Below, in pieces: positions 42,520-51,812 of a stretch of 64,000 nt of DNA. The stretch's first letter is position 1. Each line of letters starts with the position of its first letter. The translations under genes and the position numbers were made by a program. Source of the stretch: Acidobacteriota bacterium (lineage in GTDB: Bacteria > Acidobacteriota > UBA890 > WLXD01); contig CBDFKD010000002.1 of assembly GCA_965248695.1 (NCBI GenBank), forward strand, positions 416,001 through 480,000, read 5' to 3'. The notes under the pieces are model-generated. The model was not told the DNA's origin and made no database searches. It worked only from the letters and a program-made list of their open reading frames with translations.

Positions 42520-43169
42520 TCAATCAGCCACCTCCTTCTCTGCCCGCCGCAGATCGCTGAGGTAATAGACGAAGACAGCGCCAGCGATGCCGCCAGCCGT
42601 CAGAACCTTGAGAAGGTACCGGGCGGTCACATCTTGACCGAGGATGTTGTAGACCAGATCGATGGAGATTCCGACCAGGACTGCGGCGGCGATGGCCAGC
42701 GTCAAATAGGTGAGCCAGCCGCGCACCGGAGAGGTCCGCTTCAGCGGCGACAGAGCAAGCGCACGGCTGTTGGCCCTCGCGGTGTAGAGAAACACCGGCG
42801 TCGCGACCACCAGCGTTGCGATCGATTGCCGGACGATCTCCGGTATCGCATCGATCCGGGGCTGCGACCAGAGCGGGTCCGGAAGAGCTAGGTCGATGAA
42901 CTGGAACAGCAGGCTCCCGAGGCCACCAGCGGTGAGATACAGCGTGCTGAAGAGCACCAGATACTCGAACGCCTCTCGAGCCGAAAGCGACGGCCGCGGC
43001 CCCGTGGCACGGCAATGGGAAACTCGACCGCCGCGAACGACAGGAGCGCCGCCTGCACCTCATCGTCCGACCAATCCGCTTGACGCAGAACATCTCGGAT
43101 CTCGTCTCGCGGCACACCCCGGTTCAGGGCCTCGCGGATAAACCCCGTCAGATCCTCATTGACTGCCAT
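42520..43169 (-). pseudogene. DUF5671-like membrane protein, frameshift in a G run near 43000
   Basis: Corrected frame reads ...FPIAVPRPRPSLSAREAFEYLVLF...WLTYLTL..AA. Confidence 0.75.
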
Positions 43170-43188
43170 GCGGCCTCCGTTTGCGACT

Positions 43189-43225
43189 GTCTAACGGTGT
43201 GAGCGACTCCTGCTATGCACGCATC
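43189..43225 (-). other. Integron core site GTTAGAC ahead of a cassette-like gene; possible attI remnant
   Basis: Minus strand GCATAGCAGGAGTCGCTCACACC-GTTAGAC-N10-GGAGG-N4-ATG; no attC hairpin upstream. Confidence 0.4.
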
Positions 43226-43255
43226 ATGATCAGCACTATCAGAAGAAAACACTGT

Positions 43256-43305
43256 GTTGACACCGTCAACACCTGAACATACGTGCCTATGTTGCTGATG
43301 TCAAC
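43256..43305. promoter_or_regulatory. Paired GTTGAC-N3-GTCAAC operator boxes
   Basis: Perfect box 43256-43270, degenerate box 43291-43305. Confidence 0.6.
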
Positions 43306-43315
43306 ATTCTCGTCG

Positions 43316-43519
43316 CTACCTCTCGAGGGCGGCGCGGTTCTTGACGCTGTCGTAGTAGGAGTTCACATCCCGAATCAGGCCATCCTTCACGAAGACCCAG
43401 TCGCATGCCTCGACCGTCCCCGCCGGGGTCTCCACCTCGTAGGTGATGGCCGCCCGGCCGTCGCCCGTGTCCCAGGCGCGAAGCCGAAGCCGAGCGAGGT
43501 CGGCGGGCGATTCGCTCAT
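43316..43519 (-). pseudogene. SnoaL/NTF2-like protein with in-frame internal deletion
   Basis: 67 aa: N-terminal helix (LRAWDTGD) joined to C-terminal strands (DWVFVKDGLI...YYD). Confidence 0.6.
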
Positions 43520-43526
43520 CGATTCC

Positions 43527-44006
43527 TCACGACTCGAGGGCCTGCAGAACCTGTCGGATACGCTTCCCGTCCGGCTTTGCGAGACCGAGCATCTTGCTCG
43601 CGGACTGGCCCCGTGTCTCGACGGTCACCTGGTCCCAGAAGATGCCGGAGCGATAGTCGAACCCGGCGACCTTTCTCCATGGGATCTCCTCTTCCTGTCG
43701 GCTCAGGTTGAGAACACCAGGAGTACCGATCACGATCTTCTCTTCCGTGAGACTGATCGTCTGTGGGAGGAATCGGGCCCGCTGCAGGATTGTCGGAAGG
43801 AGCCGCGCCGTGACCGCGAAGGACTTGAACTCGACGGGGCCGCGAAGCGCCTCGTACCGATGCCCGCACCACCGACACAACGTCGCCTCGGACCAGTTCC
43901 TGGCTCCGCACGCAGGGCACGGCTTGCCCTCCACCCGCTCGCCACAGGAGCGACAAAACTGAGCCTCGGTCGGAATCTCACTCAGGCAGTCTGGGCAAGT
44001 CTTCAT
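43527..44006 (-). CDS. Double zinc-ribbon + PH-like domain protein
   Basis: Four CxxC pairs, then EEIPW.KVA PH-like segment. Confidence 0.8.
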   Translation of the reverse strand: MKTCPDCLSEIPTEAQFCRSCGERVEGKPCPACGARNWSEATLCRWCGHRYEALRGPVEFKSFAVTARLLPTILQRARFLPQTISLTEEKIVIGTPGVLNLSRQEEEIPWRKVAGFDYRSGIFWDQVTVETRGQSASKMLGLAKPDGKRIRQVLQALES

Positions 44007-44059
44007 TACTCTCATTCTATACGGTTGTATGGAAAAGTACTTTGTGTTATCAAGTACCT

Positions 44060-44440
44060 ATGCGAACCCACGAGTACACCATCGTCGTGATCCAGAGCTT
44101 CTTTATCTTCCCGGCCGCTCTTTTCATGGCCGCGCTTGTTGTCCGTACGCTCCAATGGCTGCCATACGATGCGGCGATCACTGCTCAACAGATCGTTGGA
44201 TGGTACGCCGAGCGGATGTGGACTCTCTGGGTGTTGCTGCTGGCTCTGCCGGCCGCCGCGCTGGCTACCGGTGGCGCCACGCTCTTGCTGAGTTGGAAAC
44301 CGGATGCTCAGGTGCCACAAGCAGAGAGCGCACCTGCCGCGAGGAACCGGACACCCCTGGCAACGCTCCTGATCGCTGCCCCGACCGCATCGTCCGCAGG
44401 TATTCTGGCGGTGGTCGTCCTGCACATGCTAGCCAACTGA
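44060..44440 (+). CDS. Hypothetical membrane protein
   Basis: 3 TM segments; preceded by AT-rich GTACTT-N8-AAGTAC palindrome. Confidence 0.65.
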   Translation: MRTHEYTIVVIQSFFIFPAALFMAALVVRTLQWLPYDAAITAQQIVGWYAERMWTLWVLLLALPAAALATGGATLLLSWKPDAQVPQAESAPAARNRTPLATLLIAAPTASSAGILAVVVLHMLAN

Positions 44441-44470
44441 GGGCCCGCTTCTCAGGCGGCGGCGCGAGCC

Positions 44471-45443
44471 TCACGAAACCACGGTGATGACGATCTTGCC
44501 CGTGTGCCGCGCTTCTCCGAACCGCCGGATGGCCTGCGGCACTTCGTCGAGTGGGTAGGTGCCGTCGATGGACGGCACGACCTTGCCGGCGTCCAAGAGC
44601 TCGGTCATCCGGTCCAGCCCCTCGTTCGGCTTCAGACCCAGAACACGAACGTGCCGATTTCTGGTTCTGGCGATCCATCGTCGAAGCACGAGACACTGAA
44701 TGAGTCGAGGAATGGTCCCTCCGACGGTGACATAGGTTCCGCCCGGTACCAGCGCGCGCGCGTAGGCGAACGGGGAGCGGTTGGTCTTGGCGTCGAGGAT
44801 CACGTCGTAGGTCTGACCGGTCGTGGTGAAATCCACCTCGGTGTAGTCGATGACGTAGTCGAAGCCCGCCGACCGCATGAAGTCCTGCTTCGCTGCGCTA
44901 TCGACGCCGGTCACCTCGACGCCGTGGTGCTTGGCGAGCTGCACCGCCACCATGCCCACGCCGCCACCTGCCCCGTTGACGAGAAGCGTCTGCGCTTCTT
45001 GGATCCGGGCGATGCCGTGCAGAGCCTGCTGAGCGAGCATGGCGGCGTGCGGTATCGCGGCGGCCTGCTCGTAGGTGAGCGTGCGTGGCATGGGCACTAC
45101 GGCGTCTTCGCGCGCACACACGTACTCGGCGAAAGCTCCAAAACCGCTTTCGCTCAGGTCCCCGTATACGTCCGTCACCCACTGTCAGATCGGTAACGCC
45201 CTTGCTGACGGCTTCGATCCGTCCGGCCACATCGCAACCGATGATCGGAATCTTCGGCGCCTGCAGCCCGGCCAACAGGCGGACATAGACGGGTTTTCCA
45301 CGCACCAGCACCCAGTCCCAGTCGTTCACGGCGGCTGCGTGGACCTTGATCAGGACGTCACCGTCCTCTGGACAAGGCTTCGGCACCTCTCGCAGCTCGA
45401 GATCGTCGGGGGTCCCATACCGGGTCAACAGGATGGCTTTCAT
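44471..45443 (-). pseudogene. NAD(P)-dependent MDR oxidoreductase, +1 frameshift near 45177
   Basis: MKAILLTRYG..VNDWDW in one frame; NGAGGGVG...GKIVI in the next. Confidence 0.85.
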
Positions 45444-45586
45444 CGCTGCGGCGGACTGCTCCTTCGATATTTCCTCTTGATCGTCACATCTTGACAATCA
45501 AATGCTGGACTGCGAATCCGCCGCGCGGCCAGCGTAGACGCGCTCACGACGCTGAGGTCGGAATGACGACCGCGCACCGCGGTGGG

Positions 45587-45991
45587 TCATGGCTTCCTGG
45601 CGCGCAAGAGATGCTCGGCAAGATCTGAGATCGTCCACTCCTCCGCGATCAGGCCGTCACGGAACTGGCTCGTAGCCATGTCGCGCCACACGATTTTACG
45701 GCCAGAGGCGGGGAATCCCGCGAAGTTGCCCTGATGCGTGCCCTTCAGGGTCCGCTGCCACGCAACTCGGTCCTTCCCTTCCACAAGGACCTGGACCTCG
45801 ACCTGGAGATCCGTGAAGGCATTTCGCAGCATGCTCAGGAATCCACGGATCGCGTCGTGACCACGTATCTCACGATCCGTGAGGTGAGCGACGTAGTCCG
45901 GCGTGAAGAACTCGCTGATCGCTTCTACGTTTCCGTCAACGATGAGCACCGAGTTGGCTGCTCGGATCTTCGAAGCAAACGACCGGTCCAT
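45587..45991 (-). CDS. Ester cyclase (SnoaL-like)
   Basis: AFTDL...EGKDRVAW...GTHQG.F.GFPASGRK...FRDGLIAEEW. Confidence 0.9.
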   Translation of the reverse strand: MDRSFASKIRAANSVLIVDGNVEAISEFFTPDYVAHLTDREIRGHDAIRGFLSMLRNAFTDLQVEVQVLVEGKDRVAWQRTLKGTHQGNFAGFPASGRKIVWRDMATSQFRDGLIAEEWTISDLAEHLLRARKP

Positions 45992-46061
45992 TCAGGAGCC
46001 TCCTGTTGCGGTTCAGCGGCGATCGTCGTGTTGGCCTCTCTTGGTTTCTCGTATGGACCCG

Positions 46062-46493
46062 TCAACGAGGCACGCTGATCCAGCCTTTGCTCTCGGCGTA
46101 CTTCGAATACCAGACCAAGAACGCTGCCACGATCAGCGGCATTAGAAAGTACATCGAGATCTCGAAGAGACCTAGGGCGATTCCCATGCCAAGCAACGGG
46201 ATCGTCGCCACGACCACGGCAAGTAGTGACGCGACGAGTAAATAGAACGCAGCCGACTTCCTGAGCAGAAGCAAAAGGCAACCGAACGCCCCACCGACAA
46301 CGGCTAAGGCAAAAGCTCCGGTCGACCATACCGGTCGATGCTCCAGGATCGCGCGTTGCGATTCGGGCATTGCGGCCATGTCTGCTGTCATTTGCATGAC
46401 GAAATTCATCACGCCGAAGACATTCCACATCAACCCAACAGCGCTGATTACCCAGAAGCTCCAGCGAGTACCACCAACGGTCTCATCGTTCAC
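46062..46493 (-). CDS. Membrane protein, cassette-like
   Basis: GTTGGGC-N8-GGAGG-N5-GTG start; FWVIS..GLMWN. Confidence 0.75.
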   Translation of the reverse strand: MNDETVGGTRWSFWVISAVGLMWNVFGVMNFVMQMTADMAAMPESQRAILEHRPVWSTGAFALAVVGGAFGCLLLLLRKSAAFYLLVASLLAVVVATIPLLGMGIALGLFEISMYFLMPLIVAAFLVWYSKYAESKGWISVPR

Positions 46494-46511
46494 TGCGTCC
46501 TCCAGTTTCCT

Positions 46512-46535
46512 GCCCAACAGCGTAGCCGCTGAGGC
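46512..46535 (-). other. Possible collapsed attC remnant
   Basis: Minus strand GCCTCAG-N10-GTTGGGC between a stop codon and the next RBS. Confidence 0.4.
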
Positions 46536-46539
46536 CCAG

Positions 46540-46737
46540 TCACGGCGTGAGGACCACCTTTCCGTGGAGCTCGTCCTCGACGAGGTGCCGGAAAGCCGCG
46601 TGGATCTCACTCCGCGGGTAGCTGCTGTCGATGATGGGCGTGATCTTCCCGCCTTCGAGAAGCTCTCTCAAGACGGCCATGGCGCCTCTCTTACCGGTTT
46701 CGACGGGTTCCCGGATCCCAGTCGTTTTTCGAACCAC
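46540..46737 (-). pseudogene. C-terminal remnant of a third MDR oxidoreductase
   Basis: LRELLEGGKITPIIDSSY...HGKVVL matches the ends of the two paralogs in this window. Confidence 0.75.
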
Positions 46738-46781
46738 GACAGGAGCACCAGATAGAAGTAGGGTCAGCGATACCCTTCGTT

Positions 46782-47384
46782 CTACATGGAATCGCTCTCA
46801 TGACGAAACGTGCCTAGGATTTCAACGACAACGGCCTCCGCCCTACCCAGGGCCTGTCGAGGCGAGTCGTGATTGGCAACCCAAAGCGCGAGCTCGTTCA
46901 TCGCCCCGGACAGTGCAACGGCGAGAGCTTCGGCATCTTCCATCCTCAAGTGCCCGCTACGCCGCAGCTCGTCCAACCCGTCCCGGAGCGTCCGTGCTGC
47001 CGTCCGGTCATCGATTTCTTTCCACGTTCGCCACCCCAAGACCGACGGACCGTCCACAAGGACGATGCGGCGGAACGACCGATCGGTAGCAGCGGCCAAG
47101 AACGCTCGACACCCGGCCTCCAGCCCTGACCACCCGTGCCCGTGACCGCTCGAGGCCTGCTCGATTCGCACCCCAAGGCGCCCGAGCGTTCGTTCTAGAA
47201 CCGCTTCGAACAGCCCCTGCTTACTCCCGAAGTGGTGATAAAGAGCCCCCCGCGTAACTCCCAGGCGGCCGACGAGCTCTTCGAGGGGTGCCTCGCGATA
47301 GGGTCGCTCGGTGAAGAAGGCAACGCCTGCGTCGATCAGAGCGGAACGGGTCTTGGCAGCGTCTTGGGCAGTTCGCCTCGGCAC
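46782..47384 (-). CDS. TetR family regulator
   Basis: GVTRGALYHHFGSKQGLF. Confidence 0.93.
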   Translation of the reverse strand: MPRRTAQDAAKTRSALIDAGVAFFTERPYREAPLEELVGRLGVTRGALYHHFGSKQGLFEAVLERTLGRLGVRIEQASSGHGHGWSGLEAGCRAFLAAATDRSFRRIVLVDGPSVLGWRTWKEIDDRTAARTLRDGLDELRRSGHLRMEDAEALAVALSGAMNELALWVANHDSPRQALGRAEAVVVEILGTFRHESDSM

Positions 47385-47397
47385 GCGCCTAAGTTGA

Positions 47398-47416
47398 CAT
47401 ACATACAGTATGTATG
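47398..47416. promoter_or_regulatory. TetR operator
   Basis: Perfect palindrome CATACATAC-A-GTATGTATG overlapping a TTGACA at 47394-47399 between divergent genes. Confidence 0.8.
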
Positions 47417-47457
47417 CAAACTGCCGAGTACATTCACTCTGTACGTAGAGGGTGGCT

Positions 47458-47889
47458 ATGAAAGTCTCAAGCGTCTATCCGGTTCTCATCACCGATACCG
47501 TTGCCGCCACGGCAGACTTCTACCGCAGTCACTTCGACTTCGAAGACACCTTTGCGTCCGATTGGTACGTTAGCCTGCGCCACCGGACAGCCCCGGTTCA
47601 GGAGCTCGCCATCCTGCAGCTCGGACACCCTTCGATCCCGGTTGGCGATAGCACGCGGTGCCAGGGACTCGTGATCAACATCGAAGTCGAAGACGCCTCT
47701 GCCGAGTACGATCGCCTCGTGGAAGGTGCCGGCCTTCCTGTCGTCGCGCCACTTCGCGACGAGAGCTTCGGCCAACGTCACTTTATGGTTCGTGACCCCG
47801 CCGGGAACCTCGTCGATGTGATTGAGAATATCGCTGCTACAGGTGAGTTCGCAGACAGCTACGTTGATGATGGACGTGGTTCCGCCTAG
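47458..47889 (+). CDS. VOC/glyoxalase family protein
   Basis: DFY..HF.F...SDWYVSL...FGQRHF.VRDP.G.LVDVI. Confidence 0.92.
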   Translation: MKVSSVYPVLITDTVAATADFYRSHFDFEDTFASDWYVSLRHRTAPVQELAILQLGHPSIPVGDSTRCQGLVINIEVEDASAEYDRLVEGAGLPVVAPLRDESFGQRHFMVRDPAGNLVDVIENIAATGEFADSYVDDGRGSA

Positions 47890-47957
47890 CGGCTCGCGAA
47901 TCGGCTCGGGAATAGCTCGTCTTGAAGACTGCCGAGGGGCGCGCCCCGTCGGATCTG

Positions 47958-48395
47958 CTACGAGTCCCGAGGCGCGAGGACCGCGGAATCTCCGCTGCAG
48001 GCTTCTACTGCGAAGATCGCTAGCCGTTCCAAAGTCATCTCGATGTCGTCGTGGGTCACACTCGGGTGTATCGGACACAACCGCAGGACCGGCCGGTCGC
48101 CGACTATTGTCGACGTTACGACCGCGAAGCCATCGGCCAGCATTGCCTGAACAACAGCATCGACGACCTTGTCTTCTTCCTCCATGGTCAGCGCGGTATC
48201 TCCCCAGCGAAAGGTGACAACCCCGAGTTGCGCCTCGGTTACGACCTCCCAGCCTCTTCGCTTCCCTTCCTGGGCCCCGGCTCGCAGCACCGACTCAGCA
48301 AACTCCGCCATCCGAAGCCCATGCTCGACCGCGCGGGAAAAGGCATCCACGCCGAACTGCGTATTTCGGTGATGCCGATCGGTTGTTTCGGTCAT
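47958..48395 (-). pseudogene. Group II PLP-dependent decarboxylase remnant (short N-terminus + C-terminal domain)
   Basis: FGVDAF..AVEHG...AQLGVVTFR...DGFAVVTST...VLRLCPIHP; PLP-binding core absent. Confidence 0.8.
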
Positions 48396-48643
48396 CGCGA
48401 TCACTCGTTTCGGGTGATCGCGATCAGGGCATCGGAGCGAAGCGACGTTGTGTTGGGATGTTAGCGGATCACCTTGGGTGAGTCAGAAGTAGTAGTAGAG
48501 GCGGTGGAGGCTGTGGGGGACATGGCTGGGCCGCCTGGCTGGGCCATCTATGCGGCGATAACCGGGACAGCACTGGTGCTGCTGCTGCGGCAGGAACCTA
48601 CCGATAACGACGACATCGTGGATCCGGCGAGCGCCGCCAGCGT

Positions 48644-48659
48644 CTAGCAGGCCGTGGTG
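48644..48659. repeat. 12-bp stub of the MITE terminal repeat after CTAG
   Basis: CTAGCAGGCCGTGGTG identical to 228-243. Confidence 0.6.
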
Positions 48660-48662
48660 CTG

Positions 48663-49202
48663 TCAGCCTTGCGTGATCATCGACAGAAGCCGATCGACAG
48701 TTCTGTAGTTTCGACCGGTCGTTACCACGCCGAGATGCCTTTCTGCCCCCGCGGCGAGTTTGGAACGGCCAATTCCATCCGGAGCGTGAAGATAGAAGAC
48801 GCCATCCGTGAGCTCGTATCTCTCGGTCGCTGTCTTCTTGGCGTCCAGCGCCTCCGTATCGGGATCGGAGGCTGGCTCGGCGAGAAAAAGGAAATGCAGC
48901 GTCTTCGGATCAGATACAGCCTCGGGGAACGGATTCGATTCGATCGCAGCAAGCAGGTCTTCGCGGCTGAGGAAGAGGATTCGCGGTCGAAATCCGTGTC
49001 GCTCCTCGATGCGTCGACCGATGCGATTGCCGAGGGACGCAGCGGTCTTGGCTGTCGAGTCGAAAACGACGTTCCCACTTTGGATGTACGTGCGTACGTT
49101 CACCAGGTTCAGTGATTCGAGATCACTCCTGAGCTTCGCCATCGGCAGGATGTTGTTGCCGCCAACATTGATGCCGCGAAAGAGCGCAATCCACGTTTGC
49201 AT
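48663..49202 (-). CDS. DUF1697 protein
   Basis: ALFRGINVGG.N...VRTYIQSGNVVF...TGRNYRT. Confidence 0.93.
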   Translation of the reverse strand: MQTWIALFRGINVGGNNILPMAKLRSDLESLNLVNVRTYIQSGNVVFDSTAKTAASLGNRIGRRIEERHGFRPRILFLSREDLLAAIESNPFPEAVSDPKTLHFLFLAEPASDPDTEALDAKKTATERYELTDGVFYLHAPDGIGRSKLAAGAERHLGVVTTGRNYRTVDRLLSMITQG

Positions 49203-49320
49203 TGAGTTAGCGTTGGTCAAGTTGTGCTTCGTTGGCCAGGAACTCCGCTATGAGCGATTGGATGGTCTTTCGTTTTTTGCTGCCGCTCTTGTCGCGCATG
49301 TTAGTCGGACTGGGAGCCGC

Positions 49321-50094
49321 TCAGATCCCCGCGTACCACGACCACCCGCTCTGCAGGAGTCCGCGGTCGCCCATATCGTCGAAGTGGTCGGTGACGACGA
49401 TCCGTCGCAGGAACTTCATGCTCTTGTAGCCCATCTGCTTCTCCACCCGGACGCGAACCGGCGCCCCATGGGGAACGGGCAGGTCGCCGCCGTTCATCCC
49501 GTAGGCCAGGATCGTCTGTGGGTGAAGGGCATCGAGCATGTCGATACCGTCCGCAAAGGCGTCGTAGGTGTAGAACTGGACGAAGCGAGCGCTGGGAAGG
49601 ACTCCAGCAGCCTCCAGCACCGGACGCAACGGCACCCCGGTCCACTCGGCGATAGCGGACCAGCCTTCCTCGCACGTGTGCCTCGTGATCTGCGTGCGCG
49701 AGGGGAACTGCTTCAAGTCTTCGAGTGAGAACGCTCGCGGCCGTGCCACGCTGCCCTCGACCGTCAGGCGCCAGTCGGCGAAACCGCCGTGTCGCAGACG
49801 GTCGTAGATCGGCCCGCGTTCGGGGTCGAAAATGGAACGGCTAGGGTCACCCGGATTCGTCGTGCCGATGGCGGGCGACGAGGAGATGTCGGCATGGCTA
49901 TATTCCCGGGCCATCGACATGCCGGGAAGTAGCAGGCGATGCGCCTTGTAGGTCAGCACGTCGCCCATCCGCAGCAGATTGCCGTAGGTGGGGGGCAGTT
50001 CGCCCCCCGAGCAGCCCGTAAGCACCAATCCGGCGGCCGAGCTGAGTCCGGTGAGGAGGGCGCGACGGCGGGTGATGAGAGTGTCGTCTTTCAT
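49321..50094 (-). CDS. Molybdopterin-dependent oxidoreductase (sulfite oxidase/MsrP-like), Tat signal
   Basis: TRRRALL; HTCEEGWS...W.GV; AYGMNG..LP..HGAP.R...GYKS.K. Confidence 0.92.
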   Translation of the reverse strand: MKDDTLITRRRALLTGLSSAAGLVLTGCSGGELPPTYGNLLRMGDVLTYKAHRLLLPGMSMAREYSHADISSSPAIGTTNPGDPSRSIFDPERGPIYDRLRHGGFADWRLTVEGSVARPRAFSLEDLKQFPSRTQITRHTCEEGWSAIAEWTGVPLRPVLEAAGVLPSARFVQFYTYDAFADGIDMLDALHPQTILAYGMNGGDLPVPHGAPVRVRVEKQMGYKSMKFLRRIVVTDHFDDMGDRGLLQSGWSWYAGI

Positions 50095-50095
50095 G

Positions 50096-50836
50096 CTATT
50101 CCCCGATTGTCATGGCGCGAATCTGCCGGCGGAAGCCGGACAGGACGACCATCAGCACGTGGCCGACCAGAAAGAGAACGAGTGCGGCGAATAGGAAGAA
50201 GTGGATCGTGCGAGCAGACTGGAAACCCCCGAACATGCCGGACAGAAACGGGTAGGCGGCGGTAACGGCCGGCGACATCGCCAGCCCGGTGAGAACCATC
50301 AGCGGCATTCCCACCAAGACGACACCGAGATAGGCGCACTTCTGCAACAGGCCGTACTGCGGCCCGCCGGTAGCGGATCGGATCTGTCGACGCACATGGC
50401 GACCCAGGTCCTGCCACAACAGCCGCGGCGAGAGCTCGCCGGATCGGGGCACCAGGTGGCGCCTCATGTGGCCCGACACGATCCCGGCAAGAAGGTAGAC
50501 GCCGCCTGTCGCCACCAGGAACCAGGCCGCGAGGAAATGCAGGCTACGCCCCCAGCTGTTCTGGTTGAGGATCGGGTACGTCCGCTCGGCGCTGATGGGC
50601 GCATCGGCACCTTCGAAGAATGGCCGGGCGTCAGCCCAGCCACCGTGCTGGTGGTTCCTGCTGATCGGCAGTTCGAGCAGCGCCGGCGTCAGGTCGTTTC
50701 CAACCTCGCCCCAATAGAGCCGCGGATGGGTCCTCAGAATGACGAACCCGGTGAACGCCAGCGTCACGAAGCTCGCAGCAATCACCCAGTGCGTAATCCT
50801 GACCCAGCGGGTGTGGCGGTCCGAAGGCAATGGCAT
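50096..50836 (-). CDS. Cytochrome b/b6 domain membrane partner
   Basis: RITHW, SLHF, Y..LQK..Y, ARTIHF, GHV heme ligands. Confidence 0.9.
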   Translation of the reverse strand: MPLPSDRHTRWVRITHWVIAASFVTLAFTGFVILRTHPRLYWGEVGNDLTPALLELPISRNHQHGGWADARPFFEGADAPISAERTYPILNQNSWGRSLHFLAAWFLVATGGVYLLAGIVSGHMRRHLVPRSGELSPRLLWQDLGRHVRRQIRSATGGPQYGLLQKCAYLGVVLVGMPLMVLTGLAMSPAVTAAYPFLSGMFGGFQSARTIHFFLFAALVLFLVGHVLMVVLSGFRRQIRAMTIGE

Positions 50837-50953
50837 CTCCGAAATAGGCGTCGGCGGTCGCTCCCTAGCCTACTCCCTCTCGAACCACTAGAGAGCGGCG
50901 GCAGGACTCCCATCGCGGACACCCCGCGGCTAGCCATCCGACGAATCGCCGTC

Positions 50954-51688
50954 CTAGCGAGACCGGCGTATCCGCGCGTCCAACCGCCGTGCCCACGCCA
51001 AGAACAGGCTCGACGTGATCGCTACCGCGCCCGAGACGGCATTGACCAGGATGTCGTCGATGTCGTAGAAGCGGCCGGGAAGGAGCGTCTGGAGCCCCTC
51101 ATCGAGCCAGCCTAGCAGCGCGGTCGCCACCACTGCGAGAACAGCCGGCACCGGGACTAGACGGCCGTTCCGTCAACGCTCGGTGAGAGCCTGGTAGACG
51201 AGCATCGCCACCAGGCCGTATTCGAACAGGTGGGTGCGCTCCGGAATGGTCGTCCTGGCCGCCGCCATCAGACAGACGGCCGTCACTCCGAGCGCCGCGA
51301 CGATCTCGTATCGGCCTGGCCGCGTCTTCGCCCATCGCACTGCGATTGCCACCCCCGCCAGGAGCAGGACGGCGGCGCTCGACAGCCCCAGCAGATTGTT
51401 CTCGCGGAGTGTCAGCGCCAACTCCCGCGCCAGCCCCATGGTCGAGTAGATCACCATCAGGACAGCGAAAGTGCAGAGCCAAAGGCGTCGCTCTCGATCG
51501 GAGCTGAATAGAGGCCCGGAGACAGCACTGTCGGTTCCGACACCGTCGGAGCCGGGCCCGACGAGGGGCCGGTCTCGGTCCGACCGTACGCGTGCCGTGA
51601 TCCACGGCACGATCAGGAAGATGACGAAGAACCCCAGAAAGAAGAGTGCGGTTGCCCAACCGGGACCCTGTGGAGCTTGCGACTCCAT
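50954..51688 (-). pseudogene. VanZ-like membrane protein with in-frame TGA at 51173-51175
   Basis: ERTHLFEYG before and LDEGLQ..LPGR.YD..D..VN after the stop, same frame. Confidence 0.75.
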
Positions 51689-51717
51689 GGCGCGAGTCTC
51701 CCGTCGCGACCGACAAA

Positions 51718-51759
51718 GTTGACGATGTCAACTTAGAGCGCGGTGCTGACGTTGTCAAC
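51718..51759. promoter_or_regulatory. Paired GTTGAC-N3-GTCAAC operator boxes
   Basis: Perfect box 51718-51732, near-perfect box 51745-51759. Confidence 0.6.
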
Positions 51760-51778
51760 ATCCTCGGCGAGGGTTCGT

Positions 51779-51803
51779 CGTCAGCAGCAAGGGCTTGTGA
51801 GGC
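51779..51803 (-). other. Left half of an attC site
   Basis: GCCTCACAAGCCCTTGCTGCTGACG just after the metallophosphoesterase stop; 23/25 identical to 54909-54933. Confidence 0.7.
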
Positions 51804-51812
51804 CTGTCCGTC

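Noticed and set aside
51173-51175. Selenocysteine in the VanZ-like gene
   Set aside because: Arg-rich loop context, no Cys expected, no downstream hairpin.
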